A DNA stretch of 63,345 bases, filler included, from Craspedostauros australis (GCA_030167865.1; 20 parts of 20 records of this genome joined end to end with filler, not necessarily neighbours in it); one strand, 5' to 3'. Shown: positions 47,559 to 61,010, numbered from the whole stretch's first letter. Notes: a model not told the origin generated them from the sequence alone. Program-made: numbers and translations.

Positions 47559-50534
47559 AGAAAGATGAGTGAAGAAGTCTGTGTCACAACTCTTTCTGTG
47601 TTCAATGGATCGTATGCAAAAGCCAATGCAATGCAGGACAGGAAGTGAAACGCCGCAGGGGGAGGGATGATTGGCAGGAAGAAGTGATGCCACCGGTTTC
47701 CAGTGACCCGACCCGACGATATTGGATGTGGCAGAACTCAACGAAGAGAAGAGATGTGAACACCAAACTTCGGGGAGGGATGCAACAGATGCAGGACAGA
47801 TAGCTGGTAAAGTTTGGTGTTGGTAGGATTGAGTGAATGTTAATCCGGAGCAAAAGAGTGCGGATGTTGGTGGCTTTTTGCAAGTTGTTGCTGTTTCCCT
47901 CGTGGCGGCTCCGTAGAGTTGTACCAGGATTCGACTACTTCGACCCTGTAGCCCCTTGTGGCCCCAAATGGGGGCGACACAAAAAGCGGATAGGCACTAC
48001 CGTCCGTTGTGTTTGCCACCGTCGAAAATTTTTTAGTGACTTTTCCGTTTTGCATGTGTGAACAGCACTCTCTTTTGTCGACTTCCACGCTCCCCTGTTT
48101 TTTCCATCTGCGTTCTCAGCGACTTGCCATCCGCTGACAAGATCTCTTCAGTTGGAAAATTGCAAAGTGCTTGTCATAAAGTCATCAGCTCTCTCCCTCT
48201 CTCTACTCTTTTCCATCTCCAGCATGAGCAACCGGACTTGGAACAGCCTTCCTGAGCGCCTTGCCTGCAAGCATGCCAGGCTTGCGTTCATCAACGCGGC
48301 AACCGACCTCATCGACATGCATGAGGAAGAGATCGATACCGACATGCTATCCAACCTGTGCCATCAATTCGACCTCGTNNNNNNNNNNNNNNNNNNNNNN
48401 NNNNNNNNNNNNNNNNNNNNNNTTAATTAATTAANNNNNNNNNNNNNNNNNNNNNNNNNNNNNNNNNNNNNNNNNNNNCAAAGATGGATGAGTCGATCGT
48501 GGGCAATCTTCGCTTGACACAACAAGCGGTTTGCTGTCCTGTGTTCTGCTCGGCTTGCTCCGTAAGCTGTGCGAGCTATTCGCAGTGCACCCACACCGTC
48601 ACATCCCACACGGATGACGCACGAAGGGTTGCGACGCGTATCGGGAGAAGGCTGCATATAGTCGCAGTGTGCAATCCTTCCCGAAGGCGGGCGCACAATC
48701 CTCTTGCTCTGGATGTCGGCGACATTCAATTCCAACCCTCGGCACGACCAGGTACGAATAGAACCTCCATTCACTGCGCCCACCACATGCGGAGCATGCA
48801 CAAACAGTGTCCATCCCATCCGCTCCCAATCTGCGTCATGGAGGAGATCATTGTTGACAGCCTCCTTCTGTGACGACACTCTGACAAAGTACTGGGGTGA
48901 AGATCAGAGTCCACCACTCCGCCGCGGGCGTCCTCCACATGCTCTCCCACGATTCCTATGCTCCGACCACTCTGCCACGGGTCTGTGAACTAACATGTCG
49001 CAGGTCACACTCCGTGACCACGAAGCAATGATTCCTGTCTTGTCGGTTGCCGGTAACATCTTGTTTTCGTGGGCTGGAAACGACACCAACAAGAATTTGT
49101 CTCACCCACCATCGTTTCCATCCAACGCATCTCCACCTTCGCAATTGTGCCGACAACATGTCCCACCAATGGACGCGGTTCCGTGTTGATCACCTGCGGG
49201 GCACAAGTCACGCGTCCAGACGGGAGGGAATTGGTTCCGGCAACAAATACGACCAACGACGAATGGTTTGCGGAACGCGAACGCCACCAAGCGATTTCAT
49301 GTTCCCCACCAGAGGTAGAGTTTCAAACTTGTTTTTCTCGTCCATTCCGACAACTGGCACCCAGTGACATTAATCTGTTCTCAAGAAATCTCGCTTTGAC
49401 ACCACACTTTCCGCCACGTGGTCCGCAACCGCCACATTTTCGAACAAGTAGGCGCAGCACGGATACGGTTTGGGTGTGGAGCACAGCAAAGAACAGCTAG
49501 ATGAACATAGCGAGATGAAACACTTAGTCGAAGCGGTACTTGCAAGGGCAGTGCACAACTGCTTTGACACTATTAACACGAAGAGTTCCACTTGTCAAAC
49601 GGACATTGATTGCATGCTTTTTATCTCTCTCTTGCTGTCAAGTTCGCTTCGAAGAACATCACCGCGATCAACTCTTCTGTCACAGTGCACGCACAGGTGA
49701 CCCATACGGGTGTACCAGGTCACAAACGGGTTGGGGAGTCATCAACCCCGCTCACATAATCATAGTCACATATCATTGTACGGAGATTGTGTGCCCATCT
49801 TTGTCACAACGCATGGAATCAACGCCATAGTTGGTTCGCAATTTTCGTCATGTTGTTTTTCAACGACACTCGATGTGCCCGACTGTTGGGTGTGATTGGG
49901 CTTCGCGATGCGAGGCAATTTCTGTACGCTAGAATGTACGGGAGGCGGATGCTGTTGTGCTGTTCGCGGTGTGTCTCAATGATCCACAGTCGGGAAATGC
50001 GCTGTCATGGGCGTTCCTCTCCTTGGCGGGCGAATGTGCATCTGGTGGCGAGAGTGGACGTTAACGACTCCAACTTGGGGCGTGCCGGATTAGCATCCTT
50101 CTCGCGGGGAGCTGTCGCGGTGGTTTTGCGAAGTGCTGAACTGCCATTCATTGACAGGGCATCTTTTGTCATCGTCCACACTCTCCCCGATGTTCAACCA
50201 CACCAATGTGATCGGGCCCTTGTGAACAGAAAACGGCACGACCATCACGGTGGCTGGGCAACTTCAAACAGAAGAGGGCACAATGCCACGCATGCGTGTA
50301 TCAGCAACCTGGAGACAATCGACACAATCCAGGCAACATCAGCAACATCGACGACGCATTGTTCCGCTCTTGACATTGCTCCTACGCACCATACTCGTAT
50401 AATACCATACTCCTACGTTGTTGATCACTTTCTCGCAACCAACGCACGCATCTCCTGTGTCTCCGCAACGACCCATTGAATCTCATTGCATCCCATTGCA
50501 TCCCATTCAGTCTGCAACACCGACATCTGTAGCC

Positions 50535-51747
50535 ATGGTCCAGCTTTCCGGAAATAATCCCAATGGAGTCCAAGCAGCATCGCACGCACCGCAGGAGTCA
50601 GCTATTGCGTCAACAGTCGATGAAGCCGCGTGCGGCAACTCGGGCCCCACGGAAACAACCCATTCCCCAGCCACATCGATCCAATCCTTCCATGGCCATA
50701 CCTACAATAGTGCCGTACGGCTGCCAAACCCACACAACGATGATGAATCCGCGTCGTCTGTGATGGAAGATGACGATGCCTCGGTACCGTCCAGCAGCAT
50801 CGACAACAAGGCGCGGCCAATGAGCACCTCCACACTCGCGGCGGAGGAGGAACGTCTCGTGACGTGCTCCAAGATGCTGCTGGTGATGGTCCTGCTGCTC
50901 ACCATGGCTGCATTCGCGACCATCACATACTTCTTCACATCACAGCAACAGGAAGATGATCTCGTCACCAGAGTACGTGCTTTTTGTTGGAGCGTATGGA
51001 AGATTGTATGCATGAAACTATCGTATCCGGTTTTACGGAATGCCGGTCCCACATTGACACAGAAGCACGAGTACAAGTACGAGTACAAGTACAAGTACGA
51101 GTACGGTTCTGGAGTGGTTGATCTGCAATTGCCCACATGAGATTCCACCAAGAGGAGGCAATGCATGTGGCTGGCTTTCCACCATGGTGGTGATCATCAT
51201 CGTTGGCATCTCATCTCTAACCATCCTTCCCGATCTCATCCTTCCTCTTCCCACGTGCTCTGCCGTACATACCATACGGCTCCACCTACGCCCATGCGGC
51301 GGTTCCATTCTCCCCTTGTTTGTGCACCAACTCGAACTCTGCTACGCACGCCAAACCAACCTGCAACTATGAATGCAAACGCGGATGCAACATGTCTCTC
51401 TAGTTCACCGACTTTGCAAATCAAATCATCACCGTGTACGAATTGAATGGGGAGCACATCGTGGGTACATTGGAGGAATTCAGTACATCGCTCACCGCAC
51501 ATGCCATCCAAACGAATTCGACCTGGCCGTTGGTCACTGTCCCTCTGTTTGAGGCATTGGCGGAGCGTGCCATCCAAGCGACGGGCTCCCGATCGATAGG
51601 CGTCGCCCCGCTCGTCCCGGAAGCCCAGCAGGGCGAGTGGCTGGGGTACGTCATGCAGCAGAATGAAGTTTGGAGAGCAGAAAGTTACAAGCACATGGGG
51701 CTTCCCTTCATACCTAGCACGTCAGCTGGTGGTCCACCACCTGGTGT
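50535..51747 (+). CDS. Receptor-type adenylate/guanylate cyclase, N-terminal TM + extracellular sensor region; exons 50535-50972 and 51404-gap
   Basis: LAAEEERLV..SK.LL TM helix, in-phase GTACGT..TAG intron, then NSTWPLVTVPLFE and APLV......W..Y motifs of the diatom cyclase/PDE family. The catalytic domain is not in the contig. Confidence 0.8.
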
Positions 51748-51847
51748 NNNNNNNNNNNNNNNNNNNNNNNNNNNNNNNNNNNNNNNNNNNNTTAATTAAT
51801 TAANNNNNNNNNNNNNNNNNNNNNNNNNNNNNNNNNNNNNNNNNNNN

Positions 51848-54060
51848 GCTGCTCCATTGTCCTCATCATCTTCATCATCACTGTCTGATAGGATGTGATA
51901 CTTGTTCGTGTCAGCGAAAGATACTCTCTTCGCTTCCGATGTTTGACGCATTGCCGTACTTGGCATTGTTCCCTTCCATCCAGTGGTTGTGAAGCCATCT
52001 GCATCCGTTGTTCCTGCTTTGTTGGATATGTTTGGTTCTGGCACCCAGCCACAGAACTGTCCGTATGATTGGTTGAGCCACTTGATGTCGCGAGAACAGA
52101 CCAATGACTTGGTTGATGGTCTGTACATGTTGTACACTCCTGATGCATGTTGGTGTGCATATCCAATGAACACCATCTCTTCTCCTCTATTCTTGAGTTT
52201 GCAGTGATCCCGCCATAGGTAGTCTTCACAACACCCACCTCTCAAAATGTGCGGAGTGCATCTGCACATGGTGGATCATTGTTGAAGAACTGGCGATGTG
52301 GTGACTCCTTCTGATTCTTCGCTACGGTGATGTTGGCAATGGCAGTGGCAGTGCTCACGGCTGCTGCCCACAGGCCATGCCTGTACTCGTCGTTGAGTTG
52401 TGCTCCATTGAGCATGGAGCGAATCTTGGTGTAGAGATACGCAAACTTGCGTTCTACTCTACCATTCTGCTGTGGCGTGTTGGATACCGTGAACTCGAAT
52501 TTCGCATTCAGTCCAGCATCGATGAGAATATCCTGCGTGGATTTGCTCTCTCCGCTGTTGTCTCCTTGGAAGATGATTTGTTGGTCACCTGTCAGTAATT
52601 TGATTGTTTGCACGAATTGCCTGATGTATCCTCGTTGATCACTTTTGTTCTTCAGAAAGAAGCTCCAGCAGTAGTCTGTGCAGTTGTCCACATTCAGAGT
52701 CCAGTAACGTTTATCTCCAAAGCTTATGTGTTTAGTGTAACTAATGTCAATGAAGAGACGTTTGCCACGGCGAGTTGCTCTTGGGATCGTCGCTTTTGAG
52801 ATGTTCTTCATTCTAGCGTTCGCGACCGCGCAGTCGCAACGTACCGGCATCTCGCCAATGATCTTCCATCCGTATTGAGCGGCTGTCCACTTCATGGTCT
52901 CGAGTGGCGCGTGGCCGAGCATTCAATGCAATTCCACTGCACTCACCTCTTTGGATGGGCTCTTGATGATGGCTGTGGAAGTCTTGTCGTCCTCAGTTGG
53001 CATGATGGGATGCATCTGCACTCCCATGATGAATCCGTTGGAGGTGGGAAAGATCCAATCAAAGATGATCCTCTTCCCAGCTCTGTTGATGATGTCCATC
53101 AGAATGCCGTTGTTACCGATCTGGTAACCGTTGTACAGAGCCTTGTTTGTAGAGAAAAGGTTCACCGTCATCTTGTGTGTGCTTCACATCATCAAGCCAG
53201 ATGGTGTGGCCTGTGTTGTCTTGTTGCTTGATCTGCAGTTTGATGGAGCCGATCTTGGGAGAGTCCAGTGTTGTGCTGTCTCCCACTTGGACGAATGACT
53301 TGATGTGCTGCACGAAGAAGAGGGCGGCATCTGAATTCACGATGTGACACGAAACTCCGCTGTTGGCAAGCCAGATGTCCTTGTTGACCTTGTCCTTGTA
53401 TTTGGTGCTCAGTTCGTGGAGCTGTTCCATGGCAGCCGCTGCCATGTCGTCTTTGTAGTCATTGTTGTTGGGATTGTCGTTCCCATCGTCCATTCTGTGG
53501 TAGGTCACGCCGTCGTAGTACGGTTCTGCGGGCACAACTGGGGTTGTGCTGTCTTGATGAAGTCCAGTCACTGGATCGTATGGCATGACGCGTGGTCGCT
53601 CGCGCAGGAGCACGTGCATGCATCCTCCCAGGATGTAGTGCAACGCCATGTCGGGAATTGGATCGTTGTTGTATTCCCCCAACAATCGGTTGATGACCGG
53701 TCCATTGGCGAGAATCTCTTTGATGGACCAGAAGTTGTCGCACAGCGTGGTTGCTGCCGTGCACACCCACAGGTGTCGCTCTCCTGCGTCGTCATCATCT
53801 GAGTACAAGCGCATGCCTGCCGTCATTACAGCGTTGTGGATGAGTTGTCGTTGCATGATCTCCACAGTTGCCGTTAGTCGTGGAATCGCATCGTTTCTGA
53901 AGTTGATGCCATGTCTGGTGAATTCCATGATCGGCGCGAATGCGATGTCATATGGATAGACGACCTCTTCATTTGGATTGAATTGATCGTCTTCTACCAA
54001 TCCGTTGCTGCGATCTTCGTTGAAGATACCCGTTCTGTTGTTCCCCGCTGCTGGAGGGGG
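51848..54060 (-). mobile_element. Decayed Ty1/copia pol (extra domain, protease, GAG-pre-integrase, integrase)
   Basis: WLANSGVSCH, LH*MLGH, RLFIDIS, GDNSGE, TPQQNGRVERKF, MVFIGY. Contains frameshifts and a stop. Confidence 0.92.
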
Positions 54061-54253
54061 NNNNNNNNNNNNNNNNNNNNNNNNNNNNNNNNNNNNNNNN
54101 NNNNTTAATTAATTAANNNNNNNNNNNNNNNNNNNNNNNNNNNNNNNNNNNNNNNNNNNNACATCTCCGTTTGCACCGACATGCGTCTGCATCGTCCATT
54201 GTCCATCGCAACTCTCAATGTGTATCCTCCTCCCGCTTCCTCCACCACAATAG

Positions 54254-55380
54254 AAATCGAAGTGATGATGCAGAAGACCCGCAACCTCAAGGGTGCCAAC
54301 GGCGGCTCCCAATCCAAGGGCTCCAAGAAAGGAGAATTCCCGCCCAATCAACCAGGGGTTGACACGGAGGCATGGAGGCGCAGCAGCTCTGCTTGGTACT
54401 ACGAGCAACTCGGTCAAATTCAAAGCATGGAACTCATCGAGCAACTGGCTAGAGTCACCGTCATTCCTGTCGGTGGTCCGGACACCACGCTTGCCACCTC
54501 ACTGGACACGGTTGTTGGTGTCGATGCCTGCGTGGACGGCAATCCAGGGATCGGACGAAGCGGGGAATTCACTGAGACGGCTTGCGTTACTCTCAAGAAG
54601 CTCATCGAGTTTTGGTCGCTGGATCCTGCCATCGACAACACGCAAGTGGCAAGGATCCAAATGCAAGGTGTGAAGGGACAACTTCTGGCAAATACAGCCT
54701 TGCTGAAGGCAGCCTTCGGCAGTTCTCCAACCATCACCGACGAACTCATCCAGCGGGTGCAGGCAGGGATCCAGATGGGGCTGCCAGATGGTTTCGACAA
54801 CCCTCTGCTCACGCCCCACAGGGCTATTACTGGGTTTCTGACCGACGCAGGGACGATTATCGAGCCAATTATCGATCCATCCGGCGCCAGGAGCGTCCAG
54901 CAATACCCCATCGCTTCCATCAGTTTTGGAGACGGGTACATGGATAGGTTGGCAGAAACGGATATCGCATCAACCTTCATCCTGGAGAGGATCATCGTCA
55001 ATCTCTTCCCCTTATTCTTCAGGACCGTTGTTGAACCAATTTCCAGCACAAATTTTCCCGGGTTGGCTCCGGAAACGCCGATCGACAACGATTTCCGTAT
55101 TGCCGAACGTGATGTCATCCGCAATGCGTTGGAGGGATACTTTTTTGCTCACATGAAGGGTACCCTCTATTTTGATACCTTCTGTGACTTGTTGGAGCCG
55201 CCGCGTGGATCCGGAGCGAGTCGCACCTGCAGTCTCATCGTCGGCGCAAAGCTTGCTGAGATGGACAGGGAGGTGGTGAATGCGAAGAGGGTCGTCGAAT
55301 ATGCCAGAGCCAACAGGGATGGCATTTTGAGCGCCGACCCATCCATCTGCCCAACCCCACCCGGCTGCTTCGATGGTTGA
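54254..55380 (+). CDS. Probable secreted diatom protein of unknown function (last exon) with RXL and Lys/Gly/Ser motif
   Basis: Polypyrimidine tract + TAG acceptor at 54253, then KTRNLKGANGGSQSKGSKKG and a ~340-aa globular region ending CPTPPGCFDG*. Confidence 0.7.
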
Positions 55381-56290
55381 GCTGTCAACCTTTGCGCACC
55401 TTGTCGATGCGAAAGCCATACTTGCGAATGGTCATATCGGCATCAAACTTAAAATACCATCATGTAGTCGGTACTTAATTCATGGAAGTGAACGATCATC
55501 AATCTACCCAGAGATCTCATTCATACCTGTACTTGCATTTGTACTTGTGAGGGTTGTTGATCGAGGTCATGGTGCGAGCGGAGAGAGTCCGTGCCGCTTG
55601 GTGGAAACACTCGTAGATCGTACCATATGCCACGTAGTACGAGCTACACACACAGAGCCGAGCACACACCAACGGTGGGCGACTGCACACGGCCATACGA
55701 GCGAGCGCAACAAGTGCGAGCGGAGTAGAGGACAGCGGAGTAGTTTGGGTTGATCGAAGCAACCTTGTTTTCGCCCATGGCGCAGTGACCTTCAAAGTTC
55801 AAACCAGATGTCGCCTTCAGTAGGTAGGTAGGTAGGTAGGCAGGCAGGCTGGAGTGGAATGGAGTGCTCTCTAGACTATGTACAGTTAGGATTCGTGCGT
55901 AGGCGTCGCGAATCGGTGGAGAATGCCTCGTGAATCTGCCGGCTTCGGGATAGCCGTGTGATGCAGTTCAAGAGAGGTGTGCTGTTTGAATAGTTATAAC
56001 TTGTAACGATGAGAAGTAGAGTGCTTTGTAGCTAATCCTTGTCCGTTATTATGAGTTAGCTTATTGGTGTTAGTAGGGTGAAGAAACGATGCCACACAAC
56101 TTGGCGAGACCCTGCACTGATGCACTTGATTCAGTGCAACAGAGTAGACAGTCAATACAGTACCTTGCTCTCCGCACATGTAGTTACACTNNNNNNNNNN
56201 NNNNNNNNNNNNNNNNNNNNNNNNNNNNNNNNNNTTAATTAATTAANNNNNNNNNNNNNNNNNNNNNNNNNNNNNNNNNNNNNNNNNNNN

Positions 56291-58785
56291 ACAAGTCCCA
56301 TGAAATGGCTGACTTGTGGGGGAGGAGGGGGAAGTCAACACCATCAACTGTGATACTCACACATCCACGTGCTCTCACACACACACACACTGCCACACCG
56401 TACAACCAGCCACAACACACAACAACATGTGAGACCGTGATGCAACAGTCAACACCAAATGAACTATCTGTCAACACCATTCCAACTACTGGAGGATGGC
56501 ACAAGTCCCATGAAATGGCTGACTTGTGGGGGAGGAGGGGGAANNCAACACCATCAACTGTGATACTCACACATCCACGTGCTCACACACACACACACAC
56601 TGCCACACAGTACAACCAGCCACAACACACACGATAACATAGTATGCCACATGTGACTATGACACTGCACACCATGACACATAATATCTCACAAGAATAT
56701 GGGATACAACAGGCTCAACAGTGTTGACATGACAGTGCATGGATACAGGTCAGTAGCTGTGATCACTAGTCTTCGATTGAGTTGAAATGTGACTTTCTGA
56801 AATAACACGGGGGTGCAATTAAGGTTACAGGTTACTGTAAACCCTAACAACCAATCAAACCCTAATGTACGAGGATTTAACACGGTGACGTACGACGGCC
56901 AGACCGAAGTTGGGGTCGATTGTCGGATGACGTACAGACGTTTGTATGGGCACGCAATACACACGGTCGAAGGACAGACGTTTTTGTATGGAAAATGTCG
57001 ATGATCCGCAACTCCCCAAAAGTGCGGACGAATGTTCATCATCCGCAACTCCCAAACAACACGAAATACTACAAGCCACGCGATACACCGTGTTAAACAT
57101 GTACAGCACTCTACACCATGACAAAGGCATGTTCACGTACATCTATGTGTACACACACACGCAGCGTGTCCATACCTACACGTCAACACTTCTACCATCT
57201 CCAACGGACCACTACAACGTGAGATATTGATGATCAAAGTACTCAACATCGACCAGTACTCGCAATACACAGTGTCATGTACATGTAAGTACACAACCGT
57301 GTTCACCATGACCATACGCACATGTGACATCAAGAACCACACTCTGAATCGACTTGGTGATGGAGATAGTGATGCATGAGTACAACACAAACAACATGTG
57401 ATACCACGTGCAACCGTGTTAATGTGAGATGAACATGGTCAATGGCAGATGAACATCGTCAATGGCAGATGAACATGGTCAATGGCGGATGAACATTGTC
57501 AATGGCAAATGAACTATCTGTCAACATCAAATGAACTATTGTTAACACATTCCAACTACAGGAGGATGGCACAAGTCCCATGAAATGGCTGACTTGTGGG
57601 GGAGGAGGGGGAANNNNNNNNNNNNNNNNNNNNNGGAGGATGGCACAAGTCCCATGAAATGGCTGACTTGTGGGGGAGGAGGGGGAAGTCAACACCATCA
57701 ACTGTGATACTCACACATCCACATGCTCACACACACACGCACACCACTACACACACACCACTACACACATGATAACACAGTATGCCACATGTGACTATGA
57801 CACTGCACACAATGACACATAGTATCACACAAGAATATGGGATACACCATGCTCAACAGTGTTGACATGACAGTGCATGGATACAGGTCAGTTGCTGTGA
57901 TCACCTGTCTTCGATTGAGTTGAAATGACACTTTCTGAAATAACACGGGGGTGCAATTAAGGTTACAGTTACTGTAAACCCTAACCCTATGTACGAGGAT
58001 TTAACACGGTGACGTACGACGGCCAGACCGAAGTTTGGGTCGATTGTCGGATGACGTACAGACGTTTGTATGGGCACGCAATACACACGGTCGACGTACG
58101 GACGTTTTTGTATGGAAAATGTTGATGATCCGCAACTCCCTGAAAGTGCGGACGAATATTCAACATCCGCAACTCCCAAACAACACGACATACTACGAGC
58201 CACGCGATACACCGTGTTAACCATGTACAGCACTCTACACCATGATGAAGGCATGTTGACGTGCATCTATGTGTACACACACACGCACCTCGTCCATACG
58301 TACACATCAACACTTCTATCATCTTCATTGGACCTCTACAACGTGAGATATTGATGATCAAAGTACTCAAGATCAACCAGTACTTGCAATACACAGTGTC
58401 ATGTACATGAAAGCACACACACATGTTCACCATGCCCGTACACATGTGTGACAACAAGAACCACACTCTGAATCAACTTGGTGATGGAGATAGTGATGCA
58501 TGAGTACAACACAAACAACATGTGATAACACGTGCAACCACGTTAATGTGAGATGAACATCGTCAATGTGAGATGAACATCGTTAATGGCAGATGAACAT
58601 TGTCAATGGCAAATGAACTATTGTCAACATCAAATGAACTATTGTTAATATCATTCCAACTACAGGAGGATGGCACAAGTCCCATGAAATGGCTGACTTG
58701 TGGGGGAGGAGGGGGAACAACACCATTCCAACTACAGGAGGATGGCACAAGTCCCATGAAATGGCTGACTTGTGGGGGAGGAGGG
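56291..58785. repeat. Complex tandem repeat: ~1.1-kb monomer with nested ~70-bp and 20-bp subrepeats
   Basis: ACAAGTCCCATGAAATGGCTGACTTGTGGGGGAGGAGGG at 56291, 56501, 57571, ~57645, ~58675 and ~58747. 56630-57570 realigns with 57770-58675. Confidence 0.92.
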
Positions 58786-58885
58786 NNNNNNNNNNNNNNN
58801 NNNNNNNNNNNNNNNNNNNNNNNNNNNNNTTAATTAATTAANNNNNNNNNNNNNNNNNNNNNNNNNNNNNNNNNNNNNNNNNNNN

Positions 58886-60737
58886 AAAATGTCGACCAGA
58901 ATCCAAACCAACCTGGCGCCCACTTCCAACACACCCCAAAGGATCTGGTCACGGAGTATGAGGTCTTAGATCCGTCTGGAAGGTAGTCAAATCTGAGAAT
59001 CTAGATATCGAGTGGTGCTGTGGGTGACAGTACTGTGACCTACGTGCCATAGTGTACAGTAGATTGCCCATATGTGCCTATAAATGTCAACCACAATCGA
59101 ATCCAACCCAGCGGGAACTTACAACACACCCCAAAGTACCTGGTCACGAAGTATGAGGCCTCCAATCCATCTGGAAGGTAGTCAAATCTGAGAATCTAGA
59201 TTTCGAGTGGTGTTGTGGGTGGTCGTGCGATGGCCTACGCACAATGCTGTGCAGTAGATTGCCCATATGTGCATAGCAAATGTCAATCACCATGAAATCC
59301 AACCCGGCGCCCACTTACAACACACCCCAAAGTGTCTGGTCACGAAGTATGAGGCCTCCAATCCGTCTGGAAGGCATCCATATCTGAGAATCTAGATTTC
59401 GAGTGGTGTTGTGGGTGGTAGTACTGTGACCTATGCACAATACTGTACAGTAGATTGCCCATATGTGCCTATGAATGTCAATCACCATGAAATCCAACCG
59501 GGCGGGAACTTACAACACACCCCAAAGTGTCTGGTCATGAAGTATGAGGCCTCCAATCCGTCTGGAAGGCATCCATATCTGAGAATCTAGATTTCGAGTG
59601 GTGCTGTGTGTGGTAGTACTGTGACCTACGCACAATACTGTACAGTAGAGTGCCCATACGTGCCTATGAATGTCAATCACTATGAAATCCAACCGGGCGG
59701 GAACTTACAACACACCTCAAAGTACCTGGTCACGAAGTATGAGGCCTCCAATCCGTCTGGAAGGCATCCATATCTGAGAATCTAGATTTCGAGTGGTGCT
59801 GTGTGTGGTAGTACTGTGACCTACGCACAATACTGTGCAGTAGATTGCCTATATGTGCATGTAAAACGTCAATCACCATGAAATGCAACCGGGCGGGAAC
59901 TTACAACACACCCCAAAGTGTCTGGTCACGAAGTATGAGGCCTCCAATCTATCTGGAAGGCATCCATATCTGAGAATCTACATTTCGAGCGGTCCCTTGT
60001 GAGGCCGCACGGTGACCTTGGCATCAGCCTAGACTGACCCTTCCACACCGATACATTCCTGACCGATTGGAGACCTCATACTTCGTGACCAGGTACTTTG
60101 AGGTGTGTTGTAAGTTCCCGCCCGGTTGGATTTCATAGTGATTGACATTCATAGGCACGTATGGGCACTCTACTGTACAGTATTGTGCGTAGGTCACAGT
60201 ACTACCACCCACAACACCACTCGAAATCTAGATTCTCAGATATGGATGCCTTCCAGACGGATTGGAGGCCTCATACTTCGTGACCAGACACTTTGGGGTG
60301 TGTTGTAAGTGGGCGCCGGGTTGGATTTCATGGTGATTGACATTTGCTATGCACATATGGGCAATCTACTGCACAGCATTGTGCGTAGGCCATCGCACGA
60401 CCACCCACAACACCACTCGAAATCTAGATTCTCAGATTTGACTACCTTCCAGATGGATTGGAGGCCTCATACTTCGTGACCAGGTACTTTGGGGTGTGTT
60501 GTAAGTTCCCGCTGGGTTGGATTCGATTGTGGTTGACATTTATAGGCACATATGGGCAATCTACTGTACACTATGGCACGTAGGTCACAGTACTGTCACC
60601 CACAGCACCACTCGATATCTAGATTCTCAGATTTGACTACCTTCCAGACGGATCTAAGACCTCATACTCCGTGACCAGATCCTTTGGGGTGTGTTGGAAG
60701 TGGGCGCCAGGTTGGTTTGGATTCTGGTCGACATTTT
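58886..60737. mobile_element. Foldback structure: inverted arms built from ~195-bp tandem units around a ~70-bp spacer
   Basis: The contig begins AAAATGTCGACCAGAATCC and ends GGATTCTGGTCGACATTTT. About 5.5 units forward (58886-59990) and about 3.5 units reverse (60061-60737). Confidence 0.75.
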
Positions 60738-61010
60738 NNNNNNNNNNNNNNNNNNNNNNNNNNNNNNNNNNNNNNNNNNNNTTAATTAATTAANNNNNNN
60801 NNNNNNNNNNNNNNNNNNNNNNNNNNNNNNNNNNNNNATGAATGTGAATGTGAATACACGTGGATAGTATTGCGACAGCGTCAATTGAAGCAGGCGAAAC
60901 AAATGAAAGAGACAGTTAGTGTTTGAGGTGGACTGATCGACACGACTTTGCATGATTTGTGGCTGCGTTTCAACAGAGGGGACGATGCAACACAAGAGAT
61001 CTGAACTTAC

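Noticed and set aside
48479..48900. 150-aa minus-strand ORF at contig edge
   Set aside because: No recognisable motif or clear coding bias.
56836..56870. Telomere
   Set aside because: Only 1-2 AACCCT units inside a larger repeat, not a terminal array.
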